Shown here piece by piece: positions 12,648 through 25,448 of a stretch of DNA of 64,000 nt. The first letter of the stretch is position 1. Each line of letters starts with the position of its first letter. The notes under the pieces are model-generated. The model saw only the letters and a list, made by a program, of their open reading frames with translations, was not told the origin of the DNA and searched no databases. The DNA is taken from contig CM060732.1 of the NCBI GenBank assembly GCA_030704615.1, forward strand, positions 36,146,001 through 36,210,000, read 5' to 3'. This DNA is from Takakia lepidozioides. Taxonomy: Eukaryota; Plantae; Bryophyta. The position numbers and the translations under genes are program-made.

Positions 12648-15600
12648 ATGGATATGAAGACCTTGAAAACCAAGTTAGGGCTGGCGGGTGGCGATAAAGT
12701 CGTCAGAAAGGCTCAAGAGCTCCTGCGCCTGAGTAACGTGCACTTCAATGCCTCCTCTGTTGGTGTGGTGAGCCGCTCCCTGAGCCTCAAAAGTAGAGGC
12801 CTTTCCTCTCTTCTTTGAAATCTGTTCTAATCCCAACTTGAGATCCATCCCTAGGCCAATTCAGTGAAAATGAGGTATCAAAGGTTACCATGTAGATTGA
12901 CAGAGTGCTCGATTGTCATTGGATTTATTTCTTAAAAAAGTGGAATCGGAAATCGACCTTAAAAGCTCTAGGGGTTGGTGATTTAGCAGAGAAAATTTCT
13001 CTTTCTGCAACAGGTTGTTGGCTAACCTATCCATACTTACGTACATGTTAGCATTGGGGATTTAGAATGAGAATCAACCGTCATACACAGGTGCCTGTGT
13101 AATGATTGTCGATTTTTGTCTGAGGTATGCAAACCTCATCTTGAATTGATCGTGCATTACAACAGTAAAATCGTGCAAACTGAAGAGGGTGATTGTACGA
13201 TGCCATCATGCAGGGCGAAGTTTGCAAATCGGTGTTGTGCTTTGAGCTCGCCTGTGGAGAGTAAGCTCCGGACTATTATTCGAATTCAGCTCATGCATTG
13301 CAGTCTCAGCTTTCTAGTTCTTTCGTGGTAGACATAGCGCACATCAGATTAACTTGTGTTTACGACATAAGTTTTGCATGGAGTAGCATTTGCCAAAATC
13401 CAAAGTTGGGTTATAGGTTTATCAACACCTTGCTCGTTCTAGGGCACAGTCAGAGATTTCTAAACCCCCATGTGATATTGGAAATGTCAGGTTACAGGTC
13501 CTTTTCGATCGCCAAAAAGCGATTCGTTTGAGTGGGATGTCTGAAAAAGCTTACGTCAGATCTCTGAATGCCGTGCAGAGTATGCTGGGTCTTAGGTATG
13601 TTCTCTCTTCTGTTTGGTTGATGTGTGTGAACAGCATGAGAGGAAGAGAGAAATGAGACTTGTCTGTTTGAGACTCTTGGATACATGATTTAAGCGTCTG
13701 TTCTCGACTTTTGCAGGCCCAAGATTGACGTGAAGGAGCTAGCAGTACAATTTGGTTGCATCAGACTTATAAATGCTGTCAATAGAGCCTTAACATTGTA
13801 AGTTGCTCAGATATGAATTATTGTTTGATGTTTTGAACTCTGACAATATTTATGGTTTTAAATCTGAGCAGCAATTGCGTATAGGAATGGAGGAATGCAT
13901 AGTCAGGAACTGATATTCTCCTTCATCTAGGCCATTCATCCGGCATCTGTATGTTATTTACCTGATGTCACAACAATATCTATAAACTGGTATGCAATTG
14001 GCACAGGTACAAGCAGCGCTTTGTAGCAGCGCTGCCTGAATCACGGCGGACCAGTGCAGATTTCAGCCGGCCAGTATTTACAGCTGCTGCTTTCTATCTG
14101 TGTGCGAAGAAATCCAAGGTCTGCTCTTTTGCCATTGATACCCCATATTCAAAACTGATTCGTCTATGGATTCAAATGTCTCCCACTGGTCATAACTGCA
14201 TGCCCAGAGGATAATGCCACCCAAGTCCTTTTTCAGAGCATGGCTTCACAGTGGAAGAGGACACCATATGTTATGCATGGGAGTTTCTAACAAGGAGTAT
14301 GGTGGTTGCAGCTGAAGGTGGATAAGCTAAAGCTGATGGAGATATGCGGCACATCGGATTCTGAATTTGGAAATGTAGGCCATCAAAATTCTTTCTTATT
14401 TATTTATAGACCCCAATTATATTATATTTCTAACCAGCCTGCAATCTTCTCATTGTTCTTTGCTCTTGACTCTGGATTCAATGTCAGGAGATGAACCGGT
14501 GTCAAATTCATTTGGTTCTCCAAACTTGCAATATCAATTGTGTGTCTGCGTGATGGCTTCTCCCTCACTTGCAGGTAGCAACATCAATGATGGACCTGTG
14601 CTTTGACATCGTCGGCATTGAGAAGGAGAAAAGGGATCCCAAATCAATCAAGGGCAACCGAGGTAGGCCTTTATTTTGAAAGCTTAATTTTCCAAAGTGA
14701 ATGCTTTGTCTATTATCATATTCAAATAAACAGTGGGTTCTCTTCGTAACCAGACCTGTGTTAGACCACAGAGTTTTCTGCATTGGTACTGGTCAGTAGC
14801 CTCAGCAGTACCACCCAAAATTACAGTTTCAGCACTTTTGTCATCGTTCTGGGAGCTACTTATGTCACCTCCTACATTGGGCACTTTCTCACGTGTATGG
14901 TGTATTTTTGATTGAGATGTTTTGTGCAGAGCTGCTTGACGTCATTCCAGGAAAAAGGAGTCATGACGATGGGGACACCTCAGACAGTGATGCAGAGTCT
15001 ATAGATGATGGTGGTGGGTTAGAGGTCAGTTCGCAAACCCGCCTGGGACGAGCTTGCATGAGAACACAACAGCTGTACATCAAGAAGGATCTGAGCTTTT
15101 AAGATACTGAGCCAACACATATTTGCTCAATGGTATGGTTGTGACTGGTCTCACTCCATGTTGTCATTTATGAAGTTAGGAACATCACTAATGAAAGATG
15201 TTCTTCTCTGGGCAGGTTCCTGGTCTCAAGAGATCCAAAAAGGCAAGTACTGATAAAGCCTACAACGAGTGGAAGGCCTCCATCATCTCTGCCCGGCAAA
15301 CATTACCGCTGGCTGATTCAGGTTCATTCCAGCCCCAGCCCTCCTGCAGAGTTTTCGTGAAAGCTCCTCCAGGCCCCAGCCCTCCTGCAGAGTTTTCGTG
15401 AAAGCTCCTCCAGGCCCCCAAGTACCCTGTAGCAGCATGTGTTCCTTAACCAAAAATCACTATTGAAGAGAACCATATGGACAATTTGGCAGTTGTCTGG
15501 AAGATGCTGGATTGGCCTGTCAAGTTCCATTCTCAACAATTTTGTCCAAGAATCATTTTCCGTATTCAAGCACTCTTTGCCTTTGCCAACCGTGATTTTG

Positions 15601-15800
15601 TCAAGATTGATAGAGTCAGGGTCTAAGCTCACCATGTGACTGAAGTATTACCAAATTTCTTCTTTAAGTCTCCTTGGTTTGCCATTAACGCATATGATGG
15701 TTGTCTGCATGCAGATGGTGTGAAGAAACCAATCAAACAGAGGACTTTGAGTTTCAAGAAATTAGATCCTGCTCCAACAATCTCTTTGTCAGCCTCCTGA
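12648..15800 (+). CDS. ORC6: Origin recognition complex subunit 6 (10 exons)
   Basis: Approximate exons: 12648-12767 (VVRKAQELLRLS), 13214-13260 (GEVCKSVLCFELA), 13491-13595 (FDRQKAIRLSGMSEKAY), 13717-13797 (ELAVQFGC), 14007-14118 (SADFSRPVFTAAAFYLCAK), 14312-14374, 14575-14662 (SMMDLCFD), 14930-15024, 15216-15321 (YNEWKASI), 15715-15800 with stop. Motifs match plant ORC6. Confidence 0.93.
15333..15418. repeat. About 41-bp tandem duplication in the last ORC6 intron
   Basis: gccccagccctcctgcagagttttcgtgaaagctcctccag occurs twice in a row. Confidence 0.9.
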
Positions 15801-16763
15801 CAAGACTTCCACCATTATGCCTTCATAGTGGAGCTCCCCAACCAAACAAGTGGCCAAAGGTCAAGGGTCCCCAATCTTGATATGAGAAGCATGTGCTCCA
15901 CCCTTCTCTGTCTCCCAGTGCGTCCCTTGGAACCCCCTATCCTAAGACTGTCTTCAGATGGATGAATCGAATTTGAGTCTGGGAATAGCTGCTTCAAGGC
16001 CCCAGAAGAATACCCAGCCACTGTTACCATGTCAAAATCTCAATTGAAACCCCTCATACAGGGGGGAACCCAATTAGTGAACAGGATTCCCTTTCAGTGC
16101 TACAAAACTAGGCTGCCTCTAGCAATATACAATTCTCCAGTTCTGGGTTGTACTATGAGAACTTCAAAGAAAGCTCTGTTATAATGTTGAGGTGTACTGA
16201 TTTTGGATATTGGATAGTTTCACGAAAGAAGACTCTGTTGCCTGTGTATTCTGTGGTACAAAAGAATGTAAGCTCCTTGGACTCTAGGGAACCCATAAGA
16301 TGAGAGGGATGTACACTCAGTTCTTCCATAACTGGGAATTGAGACTAAACTTTGTTAGATTTAGATCAACCATCAGTTTCAGTTCACGCAAAGGGCAATG
16401 CCCCAGAGAATGATCAGCTAAGCTTGACACTGAAATTGTATCCCAGAACACAAGCGATTTCATTATAAGGAGCATGAGAAACAGCACTAAAGAGAGTCCC
16501 TGTACATGAGATTGTGAAAGAGCTTTCCACACATTTGGGTGAAGGTTGGTAGAAGGACAAAAAATTCTAGCATTCAAAGCTGCACTTCCAGTCCAGATAT
16601 TGCAAAGTCTTGTCGGACACCCAGCCTGCGATCGCGACCAGAACAAGCTTATACAAACAGCTCTTAGCCCACAGATCGACCAGGCTGCACGGAGCGTGGA
16701 GAAGACAGCCCCAACCCGTCGACAATTTAGTCGCGGCAGAGGGACACCATGGAAACTTGTGCG

Positions 16764-17072
16764 CTACATGATGGAGCAGCCTGCCGAGCTGGCTGCGGCC
16801 ACAAACAGGCCAGCAAGAATTCCAGCTCCAAGCTGCACACCCATTTCATGAAGAGTATCGTGACGATGGTGTACAGCCAATGTCTTGTTACCCGTTTCGC
16901 CAAATGAAGTCCTCCGGTGCAGATCATGGTTCACATGCTTCTTACTGCCTTTCAATTTCGCATGCTTGCAACTCTTGCACACGTGATGCTCACAACTCCC
17001 GCAATAGACCGCGTTCCTGTGAGAGCTGCTATTCAACCCCTTACAATCGCAGCAGTACCATTTGGCAACCAT
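16764..17072 (-). CDS. Putative small Cys-rich zinc-binding protein with C-terminal CaaX motif (102 aa)
   Basis: Intact single-exon ORF with a good start context (aacaATGG) and TATTTAA about 95 bp upstream. N-terminal WYCCxC...CxxCxHxxCxxC; hydrophobic C-terminal segment ending CSIM-stop. Confidence 0.55.
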   Translation of the reverse strand: MVAKWYCCDCKGLNSSSHRNAVYCGSCEHHVCKSCKHAKLKGSKKHVNHDLHRRTSFGETGNKTLAVHHRHDTLHEMGVQLGAGILAGLFVAAASSAGCSIM

Positions 17073-17587
17073 TGTTGTTTTTCTCTGCTCTCACCCCTTA
17101 CAGGACTCTCCTCCTCCCGATCGTGCTTCCAAACATTGCGTGCTTCACCTTGCAGTCTGCTCCTGATTAAATATGCTTACATATGTTGTACAGCCCGAGG
17201 GCGACCACCCCCACCTCTGCCTCTATCTTCAATCCCATCTGAGAGTTAATTCAAGCTTGAACTTTCACCGTACACGGGTTGCTCTAAAGTTCATAGAAAC
17301 GAGGATGCCACACGGCAGTCATTGATCCGGTAGATTCAAGGTCAGTGGCAATCGCTCGAAGCTTCCAACTTGATCTCCCACTTGATCAATCGCAGGAGTT
17401 GCCACCCACCCCAGGTGAGATCGAATGTGCCCACATTGTCAACAAAGTGAGCACAATCTTGAAGATTATTTGAACAAAGTCTGTCTGGCATGCATCAGGA
17501 TGTGGGTCCCAATTGTAGATGCTGGCCTAGCCACTGTAAGCTTGCGGCGCAGTCTAATACCGACATTTCGCCGCCTTCAGTGAGAAC

Positions 17588-17763
17588 AGCCTTAGCCTTA
17601 GCCTTAGCCTTAGCTCCTTAGCTCCTTAGCGCTAGCCTTAGCCTTAGCTCTCGCCTTAGCTCCTTAGCGCTAGCGGTAGCGTTAGCCTTCGCCTTATAGC
17701 CTTCGCCTTCGCCTTTTAGCGCGTTAGCCTAAGCCTTAGCCTTAGCCTTCGCCTTCGCCTTAG
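17588..17763. repeat. Degenerate (GCCTTA/GCCTTC)n microsatellite near the Helitron 5' end
   Basis: Directly visible hexamer repeats. Confidence 0.9.
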
Positions 17764-20700
17764 CATACAAATCACGGAAATAGATCCAGACGAAACAAAT
17801 GCGAAACGAAGGGCAAAATATGCATTCCAAAAAAACCAAGATCCATTGATCAAAAATAAAATATGTGCAGCACAAATTCAGAAATATATTACACACGAAA
17901 ATGAAGAAAAGGAAAAACTAAAGAGATATTGCACTCTTGCAAAAAAACCAAAGAACGATCATGAGTTCCCACCAGAAATATGCCTGGAGAATAACTTGTT
18001 TTGTTTATCCAACTTCAACGAATACATTAGTAATGCGACTTTCACAAATTTGTTTTGTTGTGTTTGCAGCAAAGACATAACAACCTCTAACATGTTGAAA
18101 TGGAGAATCGATGAATTACACATTGAGATCTCAAAACACATGAAAAAATGGCTCAGCCTACAAGTAGAAAACCACTTCGAAGAACATATTCTCCTACAAG
18201 AGGTTCCCCAAGAATTGATCAATGACACAAAACATGAGCTGGACGAATTAAATGGGTTGTTATTGGACAAACGAGGAGTATCAAATACTGCACGTACCAT
18301 CTTCATTTGTAAAAACTGCGGTTCCACCTTGAAAAAGAACAAGACGCCAAAATTTGCACTCGCTAACGGTTTGTGGATCGGAAAAGTTCACGACATTTTG
18401 CCAAAATTAACCATGGTTGAAGAAGCGTTAATAGCAAGATACCGTTGTCGTGTGATGTTGTTCAAATTACGTTACGTAAATAAGGGCGGAAAGGGGCAAC
18501 GCGCATTGAGAGGAAATTTGGTGAGTTTTGCTCAAAATCCAGGTTGTGCGGTCGAATTGCTGAACAAATTGTCACCACCCTTGGATTCATTATCCGATAT
18601 TGTCGTCGTCCACTCCGTCGGCACTTCACATCCACCCATTAACGTCTAAAAACATGTAATTTACTATACGTACGTAGACTTGCAGCGACGACATGGTTAA
18701 CATGGCTGAAAAATAATCACACGGGTTACAAGGACATTCAAATTGATAACGACATATTGGATGGACTACCAGAGAACGATATTCCACCATCAATCTTGAG
18801 ATCGGTGTTTGAATCCACGGACATTGACTTCGCCAACGCTGAACATCGTACCAACATAACGGATTTGCACAACAAAAAAACGTCAATAAACAAAGATGAC
18901 GATACGATCCAACCCGTCATAGACACGTCCGGACTCATCGATTTTGACGGAATTGACATAAAGCACAACGACCTAATCTCCAACGCTTTAAATGGATTGC
19001 AACTACAACAAAACATGTATCTGTCGTACACGCATGAAACCAAAATGGTGAACGAATACGCAAACCCAAAACTGATCGCGTGCATGTTTCCAACGTTATT
19101 TCCCGTTTGGAATCGGCGTAACCGAAATGAAAAACCGTCCAATTAAAGTAACTTTGGAGGCCCACGTTGAGTATTTGATGAATCTGACCGATATCCATCA
19201 CGACTTTTCGAAACACCACTTGTTTCCATTCTTCATGTTCAATTTGATGCAACGTAGACAAATATGTCTGGGCGTAAAATTGACAGTGTCGAGATCGGCA
19301 TTTCAAAGTGAAGCACAACTCCTTAACAATATCCGTTCAGAAGACTTCAACGACATAATAGACGACGTGAAATCAATAAACAACAAACCGGAAATACAAA
19401 AATTATTGCAACACTTGAAAGTATCAAGTAAACACGTGATGGCATCTGGAAGCAGTCGCGCAACACAGAGAAACGAAATATTCAGCATGATGTAGCAGTT
19501 GGGAACACCAAGTTTATTCTTCACTTTGAATCCAGCATTCGTACTTCATCCTCTAGTGTCCCTAGTAAGTGTGAACAACATCAATCTCGACATTTTTTTC
19601 GACGACAACCTCCCGGACCACAATGAAAGGCGTGCAATTGTCACTACGAATCTGAGATCTCAAGCTAAATTTGTACACATCATCGTGAATGCAATTTTTA
19701 AATACCTACTCCGTGTCAGAGAGACTGCCAAAACTACCACAACAAATACAGAAGTACTTGGAAACATAAACGCATATTACGGTTGTTACGAAACCGCGAA
19801 AAATGGTTCACTTCACATACACACATTGTTGTGGCTAGAAAATGCCCCAAATCCAAACGACCTCGTACAAAAACTAAAAGACGACGAAGAATTCAAACGT
19901 AAAATGTTGGCATATTTGGACAACATCATAGTACGCGACTTGATCCAATTCAAATCCGAAATACCAAACGATGACGATACCAACCACTACCACTGACTTC
20001 GAGAACGAAGAAAACAATGTAAACACCGAAATCCATCTGTGCACTACTAGATCTCCCGATGTTCACTCTAAAAAATTTCATGCTCACTTTGCGCGCGACG
20101 TTTCAAAACTGTTGAATATATGCAATCGTCACGTCTGCAATCCCGTGTGTTACAAAACCAACGAAGACGTTTTCAAAAAGAATTGTAGATACGGATTTCC
20201 GCTGTCTTAGTTGAAGAAACGCATTTCGACGACGAAACCGGGCTGCTGCATATAAAACGAACCGACAGATGGCTGAACAACGCAAATCCATAGATGTTAG
20301 TATCAGGAAGATGTAACCACGATTTGAAATTCATCGGTACTTCAGGGAAAGACGCAAAGGCTCTGATATACTACATCATGGATTACATCACAAAATCTTC
20401 CGTCTACACATCACACATGTATTCGCTTTTGCAAATAGCCGTAAAAAAGATCAAAACGACTTATGACGATCTATATTCCGAATAGTCAGTTGAGAAAAAC
20501 CGCAAATTGTTGATTCGATGTTTAAACACGATCGGATCGCAACAAGAAATCTCAGCGACAAGGGCAGTCAGTTACCTTATGAAATATCCAGACCATTTGA
20601 CAGACCACCAGTTTGCATATTTGTCGTGGTATAGTTTATCGGCATGGATTCGCGAACAAGAAAAATCTCAATCGAACAAAGATGGAAACAACGATATGAA

Positions 20701-22399
20701 CAGCACACCTGATGATAACGACCCCGAAAACACCTTCGAAACATTCAAAGTTGAAAGATCCAAATAGAACGACAAGTTGATTATGTATAATTTCCGCATC
20801 GACTACCAAAGCAGGCCACACAAGTTCAAGGAAATGTCACCTTACGAGTTCTGCAGTAAATCGTGCAAGGTGAAAAGCCCGTACTACTACAAATTCATGC
20901 ATGAACATCCGCAAAGTAACACCCACAGTGTATATAAATCTCAAGTAAGCAAAGTGCCAGTAATACAAGGCTACAAAATACCTTCGAAAAAAAATGATGC
21001 GGCAACGTACGCTCGCGCTGTTTGTATTTTGTTCATGCCATAGAGATCTATCCACGACTTAAAGCCAAGATCGCAACAAACTTGGGAAGACACTCTCGAC
21101 GAACTATATCCAATATGTTCGGAATTCAACAGAAAAATCATCGCAAATATCGGCATGCTACATGAATGCAAAGAATCACGAGACTCCGACAGACTGTTAC
21201 TGAAGAACGAAAATCCAAACGATGACGAGAACCCAGAAGCCATCAACATCGATCCATTATACAATGAGATGCTAGACGAAATGCACGAAGACGATGATGA
21301 TGATATATATGTGGACGAGAATTCGGCGTCGCAACATACAGAAGACATAGTCACAAATGGCCAAAAGTTACAAATCGAATATCTTATGTGCAATACAAGC
21401 GAAAACAATTACGTGGACAAAATTATCAACAAGCTCGTTACGGATGCCAACGGGAGAATATCACCACAACCCCATACCGCACCAAAAATAGGAATGTTCC
21501 AAACTGCATCCAAAAAATCAAATAGAACCCAGATCAATAAATGGTTGAAAACATTACGTGAATCCAAAAATCCACCCACTAGCATTGACAACAAACTGTA
21601 CAAGTTCGCAAATCCAAATCTGTCATCCAAAAATGATAACCTTCACCACAAAAATCCAGAATTAAGGAAGATTCCAAAAAACGAACCAATGGACATCCCA
21701 GATGACGACAATTACGATGTAGATCCTGATATCGTACACAATGCAGATCAACATCAAATAGCTAAATATTTTGTCATGAAAAAATACAAGCTCAACACTT
21801 CGCAGGAATCAGCATTTGAACGTTTCATAGATCCACAAAAATCACCATCTCGATGTAAGGAAACAAACGTTAATGTACGTGGGAGGTGTTGTCGGAATGG
21901 GAAAGACCGAAATAATTAAAGCAATGCAAACGTACTTCATAAAAACCAAGAGACCAAAAATCCTGAAAATCGGTGCTTACACAGCCAACGCCGCAACCCT
22001 CATAGGGGGATCAACCATCCACGCTTTATTGGGACTCAAAATCAGCTAGAGCATCAATGAATCCGACACAAAAAGTTTCATAAACGAATGGTCGGGAACT
22101 AACTATTTGATTATAGACGAAGTATCTATGGTCGGATGCAACATGATCACTGATATTCATCTGAAATTACAAAAATTCAAATCAAACATGTTACCATTCG
22201 GAGGACTCAACATAATGTTCATGGGCGATTTCATGCAGTTCCCACCAGTCATCGACGCACCTCTCTACTCAACGAATATACAGCCCATATTCCCATTCAC
22301 AAAATACACACAAAAAAAGATTATAGGCAAAAGCCTATGGGAAAATTACATACGCCCTAACACAATCATATTGACCCAGCAAATGATCGACGAACAATC

Positions 22400-22923
22400 A
22401 TCATGTTGGATGATAACGGATGGTTGTGTGACCAGCATTTGGCGGCTGGGATGCAAATACTATTTGATCAGGACTGGAAACACAAAACTACCAGCAACAT
22501 GCGTATTCGACTCTACTGGGCAGAACGAAATACACCAAGAAATGTCTGCAGCACGTGTTCGTGAACAACAACCATTGGATTTTAACCATGATAAACCCGA
22601 ACGGAACGAATCATCAATGTACGGTGTTTGATTCCAGCATGCCCGCGGATAAGAAGCTACCGAGCGAAATAGAACAACATCTACAAAAATTAATCCCAAT
22701 CCCACAATTCAATTATTTCTATGCCGATGTCATGCAACAAAGTGACAGTTCATCCTGTGGCGTATTTACGATAGCTTATGCCACAGATATAGCATTCGGA
22801 TTAGATCCCGCAAATTCCCGATACGCAACATCCGCCATGAGAACCCACTTGAGATATTGCATAAACAATCGAAGAATTGATCCATTTCCAAAACAACATT
22901 CACAATACGAAGACCCGATATGA
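22400..22923 (+). pseudogene. Ulp1/C48-type cysteine protease domain inside the Helitron
   Basis: NNHWIL...VFDSS...QQSDSSSCGVFTIAYA gives the H-D-Q-C catalytic order of Ulp1-like proteases. Frameshifted at its N-terminus. Confidence 0.8.
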
Positions 22924-23519
22924 CGTGACATTTGTTCTTATCTTTCCACCTCAATGTCTTGGTGCTTTGGAGGGTTTGAATTTCTCGATTTTTTGGGTGC
23001 ATTTTCTTTTTTTGGGCTGGGGGTATTCAATGTAAATGTTAATAGCACTTCCAAATATCACTTCAATTTAGTGATAAACACGTCTCAATTCACTAAAACT
23101 TCATAATAATATTGATTTTGATTTTTGTCTCTCGTCTATATTTAATAATTGAAATGTGCCTAAAACTTGGAAATTTTTCCTGAAAAATGCCTAATAGCCC
23201 AAAAATTTGACAAATACCAAAATTTCCAAATATGTGGAAACAATGCATAAATTATATTATTTAAAATCCAAAAAAATGAAAACAAAACATGCCATTTAAA
23301 CTTACATGTCCACACAACATCCAAAGGGCCTTATATTTGGAAATAACCTAGGCGATGTGCCTAAATAATAAAAATGGATCTGCCTAAAAAATTCCATTTT
23401 TATTAATTATTATTGGTGGAAGTGCCTAATAAGCTAGGTAAGTACGGTAGTTTATGGCTGTGTGAGGGATCTGATCATATCTAGGGATTTAATTTTAGTT
23501 GAAACAAAAAAGAGGTAAT

Positions 23520-24199
23520 ATCGGAGTTCTCGGTCGGAGTTTCTATACGACAGTATCACGTCAAATGACCACCATGCCCTTAAGGCGGGGAACACGTGGA
23601 AACGCCTGCCCAAGAGTACAAACTTCCACAACACCTTGTGGAATGTCCCTTCGGACCGTGAAGAAATAGCAATCTTCGTAGGTATTGCAAAATTCCCCTA
23701 CCTTGGCAAAACCGGGAATTACAGATTCGTGACTTTCGCCTAAGAACTAAAAGACGCAAAATTCACAATATTGATAGAAGACAGCCATTTCCTGTTCGAC
23801 TACGCAAATACAATAACGGAATGGTTCGATCATTGGAAGAGGAGAGGCGAGGACATGAGGTGGATGGGTGAAAACAACGTGAGCTTCACGAAAAAGCTCC
23901 TAAAAAACAACACAAACAACTCTGGGTCGACGTCCCGTAACAACAAACGTCACAAAACAAACAACGACGGGATGTACAATACAATAGAAGTCCTTAACGA
24001 AAATGGCCAAAAAATGGATGGACAATCCGTACGTTCAGGGGATCTCGTTGCAGTCAAGTGTAACATCCGATATTGGATGAATTTCCGTCACAAGAAACAC
24101 GGGCTTTCATTCCAATTAAAAGGGGTCAAACTGCTGGCCAAAGCACCGGAAGAGAGAAAATCGAACGACAACAACTGGAGCAAAAACATAGCTTGGTAG
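23520..24199 (+). pseudogene. Putative OB-fold ssDNA-binding protein (T7 gp2.5/DUF2815-like) inside the Helitron; one internal stop
   Basis: One frame reads IFVGIAKFPYLGKTGNY...FA*ELKDAKFTILIED...IEVLNENGQKMDGQSVRSGDLVAVKCNIRYW...HGLSFQLKGVKLL, with TAA at 23741. Confidence 0.55.
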
Positions 24200-25448
24200 A
24201 TCTTAAATTAGACACTTCTAAACGTTCCATGTAAGGGCCACCATATTTTATAAAGACCGTCCTCCTTGATCTCCTCTTCAAAAAGTCTACATTTTGTCCC
24301 AATGCAAGCTCACAACGGATAATTTTAAAAAAAAAATACTGATTTATCATAGTCCAAATCTACTTGTTGTACCAAAACGACCCATGGAAATCCCCTCCAA
24401 CTCCCCTTCCCCCCCCCCCAAATCGGAACTGCGTGACCGACATTTAAGCACGTTGCATGATCCATATTCTCTCTCATGATCCTCGAGTTTGGCCATCCGT
24501 CCGGACGTCCTTCTCAGAAGTCGTCGCTAGTAGTGCGGAGCAACGCGAAGCCCTAGTTAGTGTTTCATTTCATTAGTGTTTCAAGTCTGAATGGGTAGTG
24601 TAGTGATATGAACTAGGCTTGATACCCGATAGGTTGTGGGTTCTATCTCTGATGGACATTATGTTTTTGTAAAATAAAAATGTTTCAGAAGATAGATATA
24701 TAGATACTGCAAAACCTATGTAACAAGATTAAATGGGTGGTGTTTTGGTAAGGATTATGTTTTTTAAGTTATGAGATTGCGGGCTCAATTACCAATCAAT
24801 AGTCTTTTTTGTAAAATTGAATTCCCTTGCGGGCCATCGCCATTTACTACCCAAATGCGCAGGCGGACCATCTCCATCACATTGTCAAGCTCCCTAGCAT
24901 TCCCTGAGCATTGCTCCATTCGGAACTTCAAACTAGACTCCCACCATTGGAAGAGCTCGTACCTTCACCATTTGTATCTAACAAGGAGCCATGCCTCATC
25001 ACTTTTTAAATTTTCGACCTTTTTTCTCATGTTGGAAAGCCATAAAAGCAACATGTTCCTCTCCCATTCCTACACTCACCCATGTGGAATAATAATACAA
25101 TGAATATGGAATATTCTATATAGAATATTCATATTCCATCCTTTGATATTTTGACTATGGACCCTAAGATTAGATGAATCACAATTTTTTATTTTTTTTT
25201 GGGTACCCTTATTTAAGTGTTGTGCATATAAAATTGTTCCTATGCATATCTAAAATTTGTATGCACGCATACATTCCTCCATATGCATGCATTTGTGTGC
25301 GCATATAGTATAGGCTACCTCTGATGAGAACATCTGCACTGTGTTCCAAATTTTTCAAAGCTTGCAACACCGGGGATTCACCATAGTCGAAGCTGCCTGC
25401 ACACATCCAAAGCAGATGTTGCACATGAGGCCGGGTTTAAGGATGGAT

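Larger units (their letters stand above)
17553..24556 (+). mobile_element. Decayed Helitron (Helitron2/Helentron-like RepHel) with many stops and frameshifts
   Basis: PKFALANGLWIG...LTMVEEALIA N-terminal domain; Rep motifs PSLFFTLNPA, GSLHIHTLLWL (HUH) and CRYGFP; Pif1 motifs GMGKT, IIDEVSMVG and PFGGLNIMFMGDFMQFPPV. 3' hairpin gacg..cttct-c-agaag.cgtc then CTAG|T at 24553-24557. Candidate 5' TCTAATAC at 17553 is less certain. Confidence 0.9.

Noticed and set aside
17478-17580. LACIR peptide as the missing first exon of the KDPG aldolase
   Set aside because: The surrounding residues do not match the aldolase family; likely chance.
17588-17763. Telomeric repeat
   Set aside because: The unit GCCTTA does not match the plant TTTAGGG repeat; treated as a Helitron-internal microsatellite.
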